Part shown: positions 24,063 to 35,301 of the stretch, one piece after another
Numbering within the stretch: the first letter of the stretch is position 1
Layout of the letters: every line of letters starts with the position of its first letter
NCBI RefSeq assembly: GCF_006345805.1
Contig: NW_021834493.1
Span: 1 to 49,207, forward strand
DNA: 49,207 nucleotides
DNA from: Octopus sinensis
Lineage: Eukaryota
Direction of reading: 5' to 3'
Program-made: the position numbers and the translations under genes
Notes under the pieces: model-generated
Told to the model about the DNA's origin: nothing
Database searches by the model: none
The model's input: only the letters and a program-made list of their open reading frames with translations

Positions 24063-24113
24063 ACAACTTCCACTGAGGAAGTCTAATAACACTGAAACAT
24101 AATCCACAATTGT
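24063..24113 (+). ncRNA. Hammerhead core remnant, same family as 17466-17510
   Basis: cttcca-CUGAGGA-AGU(8 nt)ACU-GAAAC-AUAAUC-cacaa. Confidence 0.3.
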
Positions 24114-24744
24114 AATCCTTACTTGTGATCATAGATACCAGCCTCTAAGTTTGTGTTGTCTTATTTTCAATTAAATTTTGAAGTTGATGCATAATATATA
24201 CTAATTTAATTATTAAAGATACACACTCATTAAGTATATTAGACTGTACACATGTTGTCATAAAGGTAGACATGATTGACAGGTGAGCAAATTGGCTTTG
24301 TGTGTCCATGGCCTCAGTTTCAATCCCAGTATTTTCTGCTATAGCTTTGTATGAGCCAACACTCTTTCCGTGAAATGTGATAGATGGAGACAGTGTGGAT
24401 TATGCCTAATCTCTTGGCTTGTAAACTTAATCCACGGATTAACACCACTTCCTGGTTCTCAGATGGGTCTAGATCTCTGTCTGGGGACCACTTCTGCTTT
24501 CTTGGGTTCACCTAAGCGTTCACCAGGTTGAAGCCAATGACACTCAAAATCTAGAGCAAATTTGGCTGTAAAATATTTTTGAGCCGGTCATTGGTAATTA
24601 AGGGGAGACCTTACAAATGAAATCATGTAGGGCATTTCTTCTTCTAAATCTGACACTGCTTCTACACACTGTATATGTAATAATGGTTTGTAATCTTGAC
24701 CCAAGGCTAGTAATTATAGATCAGTGGTTGTGGTGGTGGTGGTG

Positions 24745-25040
24745 GGTGTCAATTACAAGAGCCCCTCTATTTGACTTTATCGGTCCCAAAAGGATGAAAG
24801 ATGAAGTAGGTCTTCATGGGATTTGAACTCAGAGTCTATAGAGCTGGAGGCAGCACATGTAATAATTCCTTCAAATTTTTGACACAAGGCCAGCAATTTT
24901 GCTTACATCAGCCTTGGCACTTCATTCGTACTTTATATTACAAACCCTGAATCAATGAAAGTGAAGCTGACCTCAGCAGTATTTGAACTCAAAATGTAAA
25001 GAGTTGGAAGAAATGCCACAAAACCTGTTCTCAGTCATTT
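24745..25040 (-). mobile_element. Two diverged SINE family C fragments
   Basis: atttgaactca occurs twice with aaggatgaaag and caaggccagcaattt. Confidence 0.5.
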
Positions 25041-25863
25041 TCTGGCATTCCATCCGGCCATTAGAAACTACATTTACAAAACAATTTCCAATTCATGCTT
25101 AATTTAATTACTGTTAATTAGAAAATATTTTTCTTCAAAACGAACAATTCAAAAGTTAAAAGTAAGATGAAGCAATGGATGAAGGCCACTGGATCTGGAA
25201 TGGTCAGCTGGCACAACAGCTGCTAACTAACTTCTTCTCACAGAGCATTTAGTCTTTGGTGAATTGCCATTTGCTGCCACCATGTCTACAACGAGCAACC
25301 ACAGCAAATATTTTAATTAAATTATTGGTAGAGTTTGTTAGTTCGTTAATCTGTTTTGTTTTGTTTCTAGTTTCACAGTAATTAGGATATTTTCCTTTAA
25401 AAATAAAATTTGAAAACACAAGAGAAATGTTGAGAAGACGAATAGAATGGACGAAATAAGAGAGTTTAATTAGCCTTTATTGAGTATCCAGGATTAGAGT
25501 GCATTAGGATTATCACTGGATCAGGATATATCTGGCTTCAGACAAATAGGTTAGTGAGTTGGGGAGAGTGTCTAAGGAAACTGGGGGGTGATGACCAATT
25601 ACATCCTCCAGTCACCCACCCACCCCAAACCACATCTTCTTTGCAAACCAATGGTGGTGGGGGGGTGCCTCTTTGTGATCACTTGACCTGCTAGAAATAG
25701 CCAAAACTCCCTCCAAATACATATTACTCTCTTGAAAAGAGTGATATAAGAAAATGTAGTTTTAAATGAACAATGCCCAAGGAAATGATTTGATGGTCAT
25801 AAATCCCTAGATTGATGGATTATGGCTAAGATGAGGTGTTCAGGTGAAGGTAAATAATATCAA

Positions 25864-26068
25864 GGCAGCGCGCTGGCAGAATTGTTAGCACATCGGGCGA
25901 AATACTTAGCTGCATTTCATCTGCCGTTACGTTCTGAGTTCAAATTCCGCCAAGGTCGACTTTGCCTTTCATCCTTTCGGGGTCGATAAATTAAATACCA
26001 GTTAATTGACTTAATCCGTTTGTCTGTCCCCTCTGTGTTTAGCCCCTTGTGGGTAGTAAAGAAATAGG
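25864..26068 (+). mobile_element. SINE family C, about 125 bp from the protocadherin donor
   Basis: gcgctggcagaattgttagc ... ctgagttcaaattccgcc ... cctttcatcctttcggggtcgataaa. Confidence 0.8.
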
Positions 26069-26193
26069 TAAATAACATTGATCACACATCTGTTCCAACT
26101 TTGAAGACATCCCCAAATTGACACCACCACCCCATCCCATCTTCCACTCTTTCACCTGAAACACCAAGGTCTTATTTAGAAAATGATACATAC

Positions 26194-28605
26194 CAGTAAT
26201 ACCGATGGTTGTCTTCTGTCTGCTGTTGATGTTGTCCATTCACTCTGTGACTCGTATTGTGGGTAGAACTCACTCTCTGGTTCCATTAGCTGAGTACTCC
26301 TGTCCCTCATCTCTGCCGAAAGCATCGTAGCAGGAATAGGTTTTTTAGGTTGAAAGAAGAAATGGCTTTTATCCCTGCCCGCAGCAGGCATGGCTGCGTT
26401 CATGCCAGCCAGGTGGGAATTGTGTCTTTGATTGTTACACCTGACAATACAAACAGTTAAAGTAATAACAACAGCTACGGACACTACCACAGCTGTTGTT
26501 ACTATGACGATAACCCACGTGATGTTAATCATATTATCAGCTTCCATGTGAACTGGTGCTAGCATTGGTGATGTCTTGTTACTAACAGTCAGTGTCAAAG
26601 ATATACTAGTTGTTGCCGACAGGACTGGGGTACCACTGTCTTTCACAACAAACTCCAGCTGATAGGATCCAGCATCGTTTTGGTAAACTGGCCGTGCAAA
26701 AGACAAAACCCCAGTGTAAGGATTCACTTTAAATAATTGTTTGACATTATTTCCAATCATGTTGTAGCTAAGAAATGAATTCACATGGCTGTCTCTGTCA
26801 GAAGCCCTCAGGACTGTGATGTCGTTCTTACTCTGTGGATGGTAATGGACATCAAGGCTGAAAGGGCTGACCCCAGGGAAAGTAAAATAGGGTGCATTGT
26901 CGTTTTGGTCTAAAATCTCCACCACCACATTAGCTGTATTGTTTAGGGGTGGGGTTCCATTGTCTTTGACAAATATTTTAAACTTGTAACTTTCCTGTCT
27001 TTCTCGGTCTAAAGATTGAGTTGTTGAAATAAAACCGTAGTCAGTTATTTGGAATGGAAGGTTGTCATTGATGCCACTTAACAGAACAAATGTCAACTGA
27101 CCACCACTGCCTAAATCAAAGTCGGTGACATTCACGTACCCAATTGGAAAGTTGGCTCGTTCGTTTTCATAAGTTAAGAATTTAAATACATCTTTTGTAA
27201 ACTTTGGTTGGACATCGTTAACATCTGTGACTTGGATAGCGAATTTTCTGTTGGTTACTAACGAAGGTGAACCATTATCTTGGCAGGATATGGTGATACT
27301 GTAACGATCTTTAATTTCACGGTCGACTGGCTTCTTTAATGTGACTTTATATTCATTGGACCCTAAATTAAGGAGCAGGAAATTATCCTGCTCAATTCTA
27401 CATTCCACTTGCCCATTAAGTCCAACATCGTTGTCAATAACACTGACATAAGCAATAAAGCTACCGACTTTGGTGTCCTCGGATATTCTGGCTGTGTTTT
27501 TCTTCAGTTCGGACACAAAGTTCACCTCAATTTCAGGTGCGTTGTTCTGTTGGTTGATGATATTTATATAAACTATGGCAGATGAACTCAACTGTGGCAG
27601 GCCGTTGTCCTGGGCCTCCACCAATAACTTGTGCATCACTTTCTGACCTGATGAGACATTCTTTACCATAAATATTTCTCCTGTCTGTGAATTGAGTTTA
27701 AAACCTCTTCTGGCCACATCAGAAGTCTCTGAGCTATATTGGAACTTGATTTTGGCATTCTCGTCTAAATCTGGATCATTTGCAGACAGAATTACAACCG
27801 GGCGGTCCTTTGGATGTGTGGATTTGATCGAGACATTGTTGATGTTCTGAGTGAACACTGGAGCATTGTCATTAACGTCTGTCACTGTGATTTGAACCCG
27901 TAACGAATTCCTGTTGACCGGCCGGCCATTGTCTGCAGCAATAATCTCCACATTGTATTTGTCTTTGGTTTCCCGGTCAAGTTTCTGGGTCAGGATTATG
28001 GCCAACTTGTAGCTGCCCGTTATTCTCTTTGTCACTGATAATGCAAATGGTTCATTGTCTGTTTTCTGCAATTCATATTTAATCTGAGAATTCTGAAGCC
28101 CCACATCTTCGTCAATGGCATTTGGAATTGGTTTGGCCATTTCCTTGGCATCACCTTCCGAGAAAACAATACTTATTTGTTTCTCTGGAAACTCAGGCTG
28201 ATTGTCATTTATATCATCAACAACGATTTTCACTTTGAGGATCTTCATGAAGGTCTGGAATTTATGAACAGCAATTTTGATGATTCTAAAACATTCCATC
28301 TTGTAAGAACAAAGGGATTCGGCATCGAGGGTCTGGGCAGTGTACAGCTTGCCAGACGATGTCACATTAAACAACTGGACACTGTTAGACCGCCTCACAT
28401 GAAGCTGGTCAAACGTAATCTGGTTGTGCTCCCCAAAGGGCACAGTATGCAGAAGCTGAGAATCCACTGTAATGTCCCCTATGTATGTCCATGGGGCCTT
28501 CTCTTCTCTTACATGGTAAGTTAAGTCCACAGAAAGATTACCTGGCAGGTAAATAAGCAGCAGAGCAAAAGACAGTATGGCGAGTTCACATCGTGTCTTC
28601 TCCAT
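26194..28605 (-). CDS. Protocadherin, large ectodomain exon (signal peptide, EC1-EC6, TM, start of cytoplasmic tail); 804 codons; likely spliced at the 3' end
   Basis: Uninterrupted ORF with cadherin linker motifs DINDNQPEF, DVNDNAPVF, NQQNNAPEI, DVNDVQPKF and DQNDNAPYF, DRE and DxD motifs, and C-X5-C in EC1 (LCSYKMEC). Hydrophobic leader LAILSFALLLIYLPG; TM ITWVIVIVTTAVVVSVAVVITLTVCIV. ATG at 28605 in gtcATGG context. The ORF-track GTG start overlaps the splice acceptor AG. Donor CTG|GTATGT follows 26194; unspliced read-through would stop at 26176. Confidence 0.95.
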
Positions 28606-28634
28606 GACATTTGGATGGTTCACAGGGAAAAACA

Positions 28635-28663
28635 CTGAAATGAAAAGACAAAAACAATTAGTG
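28635..28663 (-). other. 3' splice acceptor of the protocadherin large exon
   Basis: Minus strand reads cactaat (branch-point-like) tgtttttgtcttttcatttcAG|TGTTTTTCCC; exon starts at 28634. Confidence 0.8.
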
Positions 28664-28772
28664 AAAGGTGCAAGTCTCAGGTAGGTCAGCAGAGGGAGTC
28701 AGGGAAGATAACAGTGTTTTGTTACTGTCAAAGGATAAATACAAAAACACAACATACACACATACATATAAT

Positions 28773-28814
<42 letters not shown>

Positions 28815-28971
28815 GGGTGTGTGTCTGTATGTGTGTATAATACATACACACATATAAAGTTAAACATTGTTGCTTATGTTGTGTATGTGGTCATACGTTT
28901 ATGTGTGTGCAGCTCTGAATGTCTGTGTGTAGTATGTATATGTACACACACATAAACGTATGAACATGTAA

Positions 28972-29005
<34 letters not shown>

Positions 29006-29734
29006 GTAATAAACTGTGCACTATGTATACATATACTGAAATGCCATGGTGATGGTGATGATGTTAGTGAATAAAGTGGTGATGATGATGATGATGATGA
29101 TGTTAGTGAATAAGGTGGTGGTGGTGATGCTGTTGCTGTAGAGTGTATATGTAATGATAATATACAGACACACATTCCTGTGGTCAACTGGTGAAATGAT
29201 TGTCATTTACACCCCTTTAGCTGATGTCTGCCTTCCTGAATCACTTCAATACCATGATGTACGATGAAGCATTTTGCCACTTCATAATATACAGTGCTAT
29301 CCAGAAATATAAGAAAGATGAGTATAAACAAATAAACGGTGCTTATACAATCTAAAATGGCTATTGTTATAATTAAGTTCAGCAATAAGACACTAATAAA
29401 TCAATAGACTCATACATCATATTGCCAAGACACCAATATACCGATATTTTCCAAGACACCAATAAAGCAATGTGCGAAAGCACCAAGATGCCAATATACC
29501 AAGACACCTTTAAACCAATATACCAAGGCACCAAGATGCTAATGTATTAGAAATCAATAGACCAATTTATTAATCTAATAATATGCGAAGTCTTCAAAGA
29601 CCTATCGAAACCAATATACCAAGATACCAAGAAAGCCTCCTGTCAGTATACCTGTATGTTAAGACACCAAATTACTAATATATTAATGAGCCAATATATT
29701 AACGAAGCCATGCTGGCACCATGTAAAATGCACT

Positions 29735-29892
29735 CATAAAACACTCTGCCGAGTGGTTGGCATTAGGAATGACATTCAGCTGTAAAAAGCAAGCCAAAAC
29801 CAATGACTAGAGTTTGGTGCAGCTCTTTGGCTCACCATCTCCTATCAAACCCTCCAACATGTAGAGCAGGTGTTAAATGACGATGGTGGTGG
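29735..29892 (+). mobile_element. Family B, diverged 3' part
   Basis: gagtggttggcattaggaatgacattcagctgtaaaa ... tgttaaatgacgatg. Confidence 0.6.
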
Positions 29893-30129
29893 TTAATTGA
29901 ATAATATACCAAGTGACTAAAGCAGCAAGGCATGAATCCACAACACAATGATATCAGTTTGCTGATATTTACCTTGTTTTGGGCTCAGTCTCTCGATGGA
30001 GTTGTAAGGTGCCATCATAGGATACAGTGTGTCTTGGATATTTTAGTCCTAGTGGAACCTCTCCTTCTTCAAGCTTAAGCGATGTTTGATTTCTTCCAGG
30101 ATAGAGAGAAAGACAAGAATTGGTCTCTG

Positions 30130-30270
30130 GACAGGACTGAAACCTTCCTTTATGAATTCCAAAAGGAGGAAAGTCACAGTTGACCTCGGCAGGATTTGAT
30201 CTCAGAATATAAAGATCTGGAACAATTACTCTCAAAGCAGTCAATCTCATGCACAAGCTACTCTGCTAAT
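30130..30270 (-). mobile_element. SINE family C, diverged
   Basis: gttgacctcggcaggatttgatctcagaa. Confidence 0.45.
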
Positions 30271-31143
30271 CTATACTCTACCAATATGACAATCAAATAA
30301 TATTGTAAGTCACTAAAACACTGGTATAGCAAGATATGAAGACTCCAAAACTCCAAGGCACCAATTCACCAAGATATTAATATACCAATACAGATAGCAA
30401 TATGCCAAGTCACCAAATCAAAAAAGACAAGACAATCAGTTTACCAAGTCTCCAAGTCACCAAGGCACCAAGCTACTAATATAGCAAGTCACCAAGACAC
30501 CAAGACTCCAATTTTCCAGTGTTCGAAGAACATAAAGCTGTGAAGTTATTTCAAGGTTCTTTTTCTTGCTTTCCTTCCTTCCTGCTTTCCTTTCTTTCTT
30601 TTTCTTTATCTATTTCTATCTAAGACATTTTGGCACAAGAACAACATTGGAATGGAGATGTTATGAGAGAGACAAAGACTGTAGAGAAACAAGGAAGAGG
30701 TGGTTCTGTAGGGGAAATACGGGGCGGGGTGGGATGTGGGGAGTATAAGAAGGATGGGGGGTGGGGGTGGAGCGGGTCACTTTTATTTGAAATATGGCAG
30801 CAGATGAAAGAAGGAGGCTGTAATGTCAGCTTGCCAGTAAGATGGCTTGGTGGCTTTCATTGTGAACAGGATTCACATGGAGTTACATGTGTGTGTGTGT
30901 GAATGTCAGTGTTTATGTATGTGTGTGAGTGTGAGTATACTAACTAGTATCAGCATGGAGTGTGTGTGTGTAGGTGTGTAATTGTATGAGTGTCAATGTG
31001 TGTGTGTGACTATATGAATATTTCTCTGTATGAGCAAGTAAATATGTTTCGGATGTATAGAACTGTTTCATATACGTATGTAAGTGTGTGTGTGTGTGTA
31101 CATGTATATATATTTATCTGTGTGTGTGTGTGTATTAAAATAT

Positions 31144-31145
<2 letters not shown>

Positions 31146-31188
<43 letters not shown>

Positions 31189-31330
31189 TGTCATAATTTG
31201 TTTTGAATGCTGATTTGGGTTGGATCTGAAGAATCAGAAGATTGTGCCAAGTTCTACAGTCTGTTTTGGCACCGTTTCCAAGACTGGATGCCCTTCCTAA
31301 TGCCAACCACTTTAAAAAGTGTACCCACTG
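31146..31330 (-). mobile_element. Family B, diverged 3' part
   Basis: (CAT)n tail and ctggatgcccttcctaatgccaaccact. Confidence 0.6.
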
Positions 31331-31464
31331 TTTGGCAACAGAGGTGACCAAGGAGGGGTTGTGCTGTTTGGTAGCACAGAAGGATGAAGGTAACAGGGTG
31401 AAGCTCATGTGTATAGGTGAGGGTAGGGGGCAGGGGTGGAGTAAAGGTGACCCAATGGAATCTG

Positions 31465-31527
31465 TTATACATGTGAATGTGGTACATGATTAAACACCTT
31501 CTCCAAGTCCACAAATATATATATATA
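31465..31527 (-). mobile_element. LINE RT motif remnant
   Basis: IFVDLEKVFNHVP resembles the FVDLEKAFDxVP motif; very short. Confidence 0.4.
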
Positions 31528-31528
31528 T

Positions 31529-31565
<37 letters not shown>

Positions 31566-32198
31566 CAGACAGATAGACAGACAGACAGATAGATAATAAA
31601 CATGCATTCAATAAGAATTTGACTGAAGTCCACATTAGCTTCATGGGTGTAGAACATATCCACATGATCAGATGTTCAGAAACAGAATGAAGAGAGCTTT
31701 AGAAAAATTTTTAATGGTTTTGAGGTGAGAGTCATTTCTCTGATGCTGAGTATTTCATGATGCAGACATGTTGTTCTGCAATGGACCAGGGTCTCGTCCA
31801 GGCGGGGAACCTATACAGGAATGAAACTGGGAAACCGGCCCTTATGAGCCAGGAATGGCTCAACAAGGAACAAACAACAACAACAACAACAGACATGTTG
31901 TGCCCCAGAAACTTTATGAATTGTTGAGCTGAAGCTGTTATGAAATAAATATGGCACACAGATTGTGACAGCAACCCAGCTAACACATGCCACATGATGA
32001 TGTGCATGCGTAATCATATATATGTACATTTATTTATATATGTATGTATACATGAATATATGTATATATATATATGTATATATATATATAAAATATTCAG
32101 GGTGAATACTTGATAACTGTAAGCACCTGTATATGCCAGCTAGTGGTGTAGGTGATAGGATATATTTATCAAAAGAAAAACAGGTTGCAAAGGATTTT

Positions 32199-32285
32199 GC
32201 GGTACATATGTTTCTGGCTTTATTGAACAATTTATATCAATGCATAATTGATATAACATGTAGGTCAACAGCCTTCTTCAGCCGC
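32199..32285 (-). ncRNA. Type I hammerhead-like ribozyme (left arm of 32-kb inverted repeat)
   Basis: GCGG-CUGAAGA-A-GGCU...AGCC-A-GAAAC-AUAU-GUA-CCGC: intact 4-bp stem I, palindromic stem III ACAUAUGU, long stem II including UAUAUCAAU/AUUGAUAUA; A-A at the base of stem II is non-canonical. Confidence 0.65.
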
Positions 32286-32322
32286 GCACAATTTCCACAC
32301 CAAAGACATGTATTACATTATA

Positions 32323-32409
32323 GCGGCTGAAGAAGGCTGTTGACCTACATGTTATATCAATTATGCATTGATATAAATTGTTCAATAAAGCCAGAAACAT
32401 ATGTACCAC
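32323..32409 (+). ncRNA. Type I hammerhead-like ribozyme (right arm), stem I with one mismatch
   Basis: Core 32327-32333, GAAAC 32394-32398, GUA 32403-32405, stem I GCGG/CCAC. Confidence 0.55.
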
Positions 32410-32465
32410 AAAATCCTTTGCATCCTGTTTTTCTTTTGATACATATATATATATATATATATATA

Positions 32466-33330
32466 CAGGGTGCGGTGAATAAACTCATCTAAATTATACA
32501 AAAATGAAAATAACACTGACATCCCATTTTAACAAATATATTTACTAAAATTCCATAAAAATATCTTGAAATACTAAAGAATAAATTTATTCAATAAAAT
32601 CGCCATTAGCTTCAACCACGGCCTCAAGACGACTTTGGAATCTCCTGCAACTCTTCTGGACAGTCTCCATGTTTAAGTTGGTGAATGCTGCCATAATCCT
32701 TGTCTTCAGTTCAACTTTGCTGTTACAAGGAGTTTTGTTGGTCTCTCGTTCAACTGTGCCCCACACATAATAATCAAGGGGGTTGCAGTCGGGGGGTTGC
32801 CAGATGTTAGGGGTGATGTGGTTGCAGAAATTGTCTGACAGCTACGACTAGGTTCTCTTGCTTTTGTGGCATGGTACAGAGCCCTGTTGCCAGACAGAGT
32901 CTTCCAGCAACAACCCCCTTGACCCAGGGCAACACTACTTCCTCCAGGCATATGATGTAGGTCTCCATGTTGTGTCTGAGGCCATGTGGGAAGTTGAATG
33001 GAGGCATACCATTGCCAAAACTAGTGATCACTCCAAACACCATGATGTTGACTGGATGTTTGATTTTTATCACTCTCGGTACATGTCCACAGATTCACAC
33101 CCAAATACTCTTAAAAGTTTGTACTGGAGCTTCTGGCATGAATGCCAAGCAGTACAGCATATTACTTCCAAATTTCTGGCTGAGTGAACTGCATCATGGT
33201 GCTGTTTTTCTCACACATGGTGCCCGACTGACCCTACTATACTGTATAGTTGACAAAATCAAAAACAAACAATGCATATGTGTGAAATTAAATATATATA
33301 AAATGGCGACAATTTACCCATCGCACTCTG
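32466..33330 (-). mobile_element. Internally deleted Tc1/mariner-superfamily transposon, DD37D (maT)-like
   Basis: TA then cagggtgcggtgaataaa, with an inverted counterpart ending at 33330; transposase remnant VMVFG-like IMVFG, QDSVPCH, W(QPP)DCNPLDYYVW; second-to-third D spacing is 35 with a 2-codon deletion in WPPNSPD; stops and frameshift. Confidence 0.8.
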
Positions 33331-33779
33331 TGTGTGTACATGTGTATATATGTAGATATATATATACACACACAAACACACGTTCACACAGCCATATAAT
33401 GTTTATATATTTCATAATGCTAATCAACCCAGTTCTTTAAAACTACATGTATGTATAAAATTAAAAACCCAGTCAAAATGAAAATTTGTGAGTCTGTTTT
33501 CACAACAATGTAAATTACAGCTTATATAAGGAATATAACTAATTAATGATTAACTAGTTTAACTTGTTAATTATCTGCAATAATGGAAACTGTAATTATT
33601 CTTTCATATGGGAAATTATTGTAAATAAATTAAAGAAATGATTATTCAAAATATAACAAAATTTTCTAAAATATAGAGGAAATTGTGTTCTCAGTGTGTA
33701 TATATGTGCATATGTGAGTGTGTGTATGTGTGTGTGTGTGTTGAAAGAGAGGTGGGGACAGAAATGGGTTGTTAGATAT

Positions 33780-33913
33780 TTGCATAGATACGAATACACA
33801 CATACATACATATACAAATATACATAGATATGTATATGTTTGTATATATATGTATGTATATGTTTGTATATATATGTATGTATATGTTTGTATATATATG
33901 TGTATATATATAT

Positions 33914-33980
<67 letters not shown>

Positions 33981-34360
33981 ATATATATATATATATATGT
34001 ATGTATATAAAATATTATATGTATGTAGATATTTACATACACATAAACAAATAATTGAGAATATAACAGTTTTTTTTTCAATGTAGAAAATTATATTCTC
34101 ATTACATACATATGTGTGTGCACATATATATGCATACATGTATTCTGTATGTATGTATGTATGTACGTACGTATGTATGTATATGTGTGTATGCGTATAC
34201 ATATATATATATACACCTATGTGTGATTGTATGAACATATATACATACAAATATATTGATACATACACACATATACATACAGACATATGTCCATACCTAC
34301 ATACATGTGTACACATACATAGACATCCATTCCCCCCCCTCACACACACACACACACGTG
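33780..34360. repeat. (TA)/(TG)/(TATG) microsatellite field
   Basis: Direct inspection. Confidence 0.9.
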
Positions 34361-34870
34361 CGCATATCTTTCATTATACCAGTGAAATTTGAGTAAATTA
34401 TCTTCATTACATTCTAGAATAAGTGTGAAATTTTATCCAAATACAGAAGAAATAATTAATAATTATGTTTGCATAATTAATTATATTAATTATACAGTTG
34501 TGCTATTATTTATTCAATGACACCAGCAAAGTAGGAAATTGCATTCCTTCTGTCTTGAAAATAATATTTTTCTTGATAAAATTATAATTTCGTTGTCTTT
34601 ATATTTTCTTTATATATTTTATAAAACAATTAATGACTGGTAGCATTGTTGTTTATAAGTCTATAAGGGATCAATTTCTGATACTTTGCATTTCTGGAGA
34701 GGTGATGGTTAAGGGAGGGGCTATGAGTCACTGAAGAACAAATATAGCCAGGATGTTTCGTGGCAAAACTACTGAGCTTCTTTTTCAATTTTTTTCCCAG
34801 TTTTTCTCACAATGTTTACACCCAAGATTAATGAGAGGGATCTACAAATTCAGACCTACTTGCAGATATA

Positions 34871-35301
34871 TCAGGTTGGTACAAAAGTAATGTCCGATTT
34901 CTAGAAAAAATGTTTCAGAGCGAATTTATCAATTTTTTAACCTCTTCTAATAGTTGTAAGATACCTGTGTGTCTAATTTGCACTATTTTCTTTCAGCTTA
35001 TCTAACTTCTGGCCATAATTCTTAGAAACTTTTACCACCCTGTTTGTCCCATCAGAAGACGACATAAAAGTGCTGATGCAAGTGCGACAGCAAGATCTGT
35101 TCAGAGCACTTATGGGGAGGATGTAGTGAAGGAAACAAGTTGCAGGAGGTGCTTTTCCCGTTTCTGAGGTGAGGATTTCATTTTGAAAGAAGAGCCAAAT
35201 GAGGGTTGTCCAAAAAAGCTTGATTTGGAAATGTTGGAAGCTCTTGTTTCAGAGAACCCTACCATTACCACTAGGGAACTTGCAGAACAGTTAAACTTGT
35301 T
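34871..35301 (+). mobile_element. Mariner 5' fragment (Hsmar1/cecropia-like TIR), interrupted by a minisatellite
   Basis: TA-TCAGGTTGGTACAAAAGTAATG terminus; HTH region KEEPNEGCPKKLD..LEALVSENPTITTRELAEQLNL; resumes as TAIQN at about 36884. Confidence 0.8.

Larger units (their letters stand above)
32090..32448. mobile_element. Hammerhead-bearing inverted-repeat element: 126-bp arms (32160-32285 / 32323-32448), 37-nt spacer, about 70-bp left extension
   Basis: Arms pair with 3 mismatches; left extension and outer arm are shared with the copy at 22500-22672; flanked by (TA)n. Confidence 0.8.

Noticed and set aside
24400-25290. Alternative downstream protocadherin exons at about 24565 and about 25285 (minus)
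   Set aside because: Acceptors are plausible but give an immediate stop or need unverified phase combinations; not distinguishable from chance without RNA data.
28177-28524. 115-aa plus-strand ORF
   Set aside because: Antisense shadow of the protocadherin exon with no recognisable motif.
28606-28635. GTG start of the 819-aa ORF
   Set aside because: The G is the last base of the splice acceptor AG; the ATG at 28605 precedes the signal peptide in good context.
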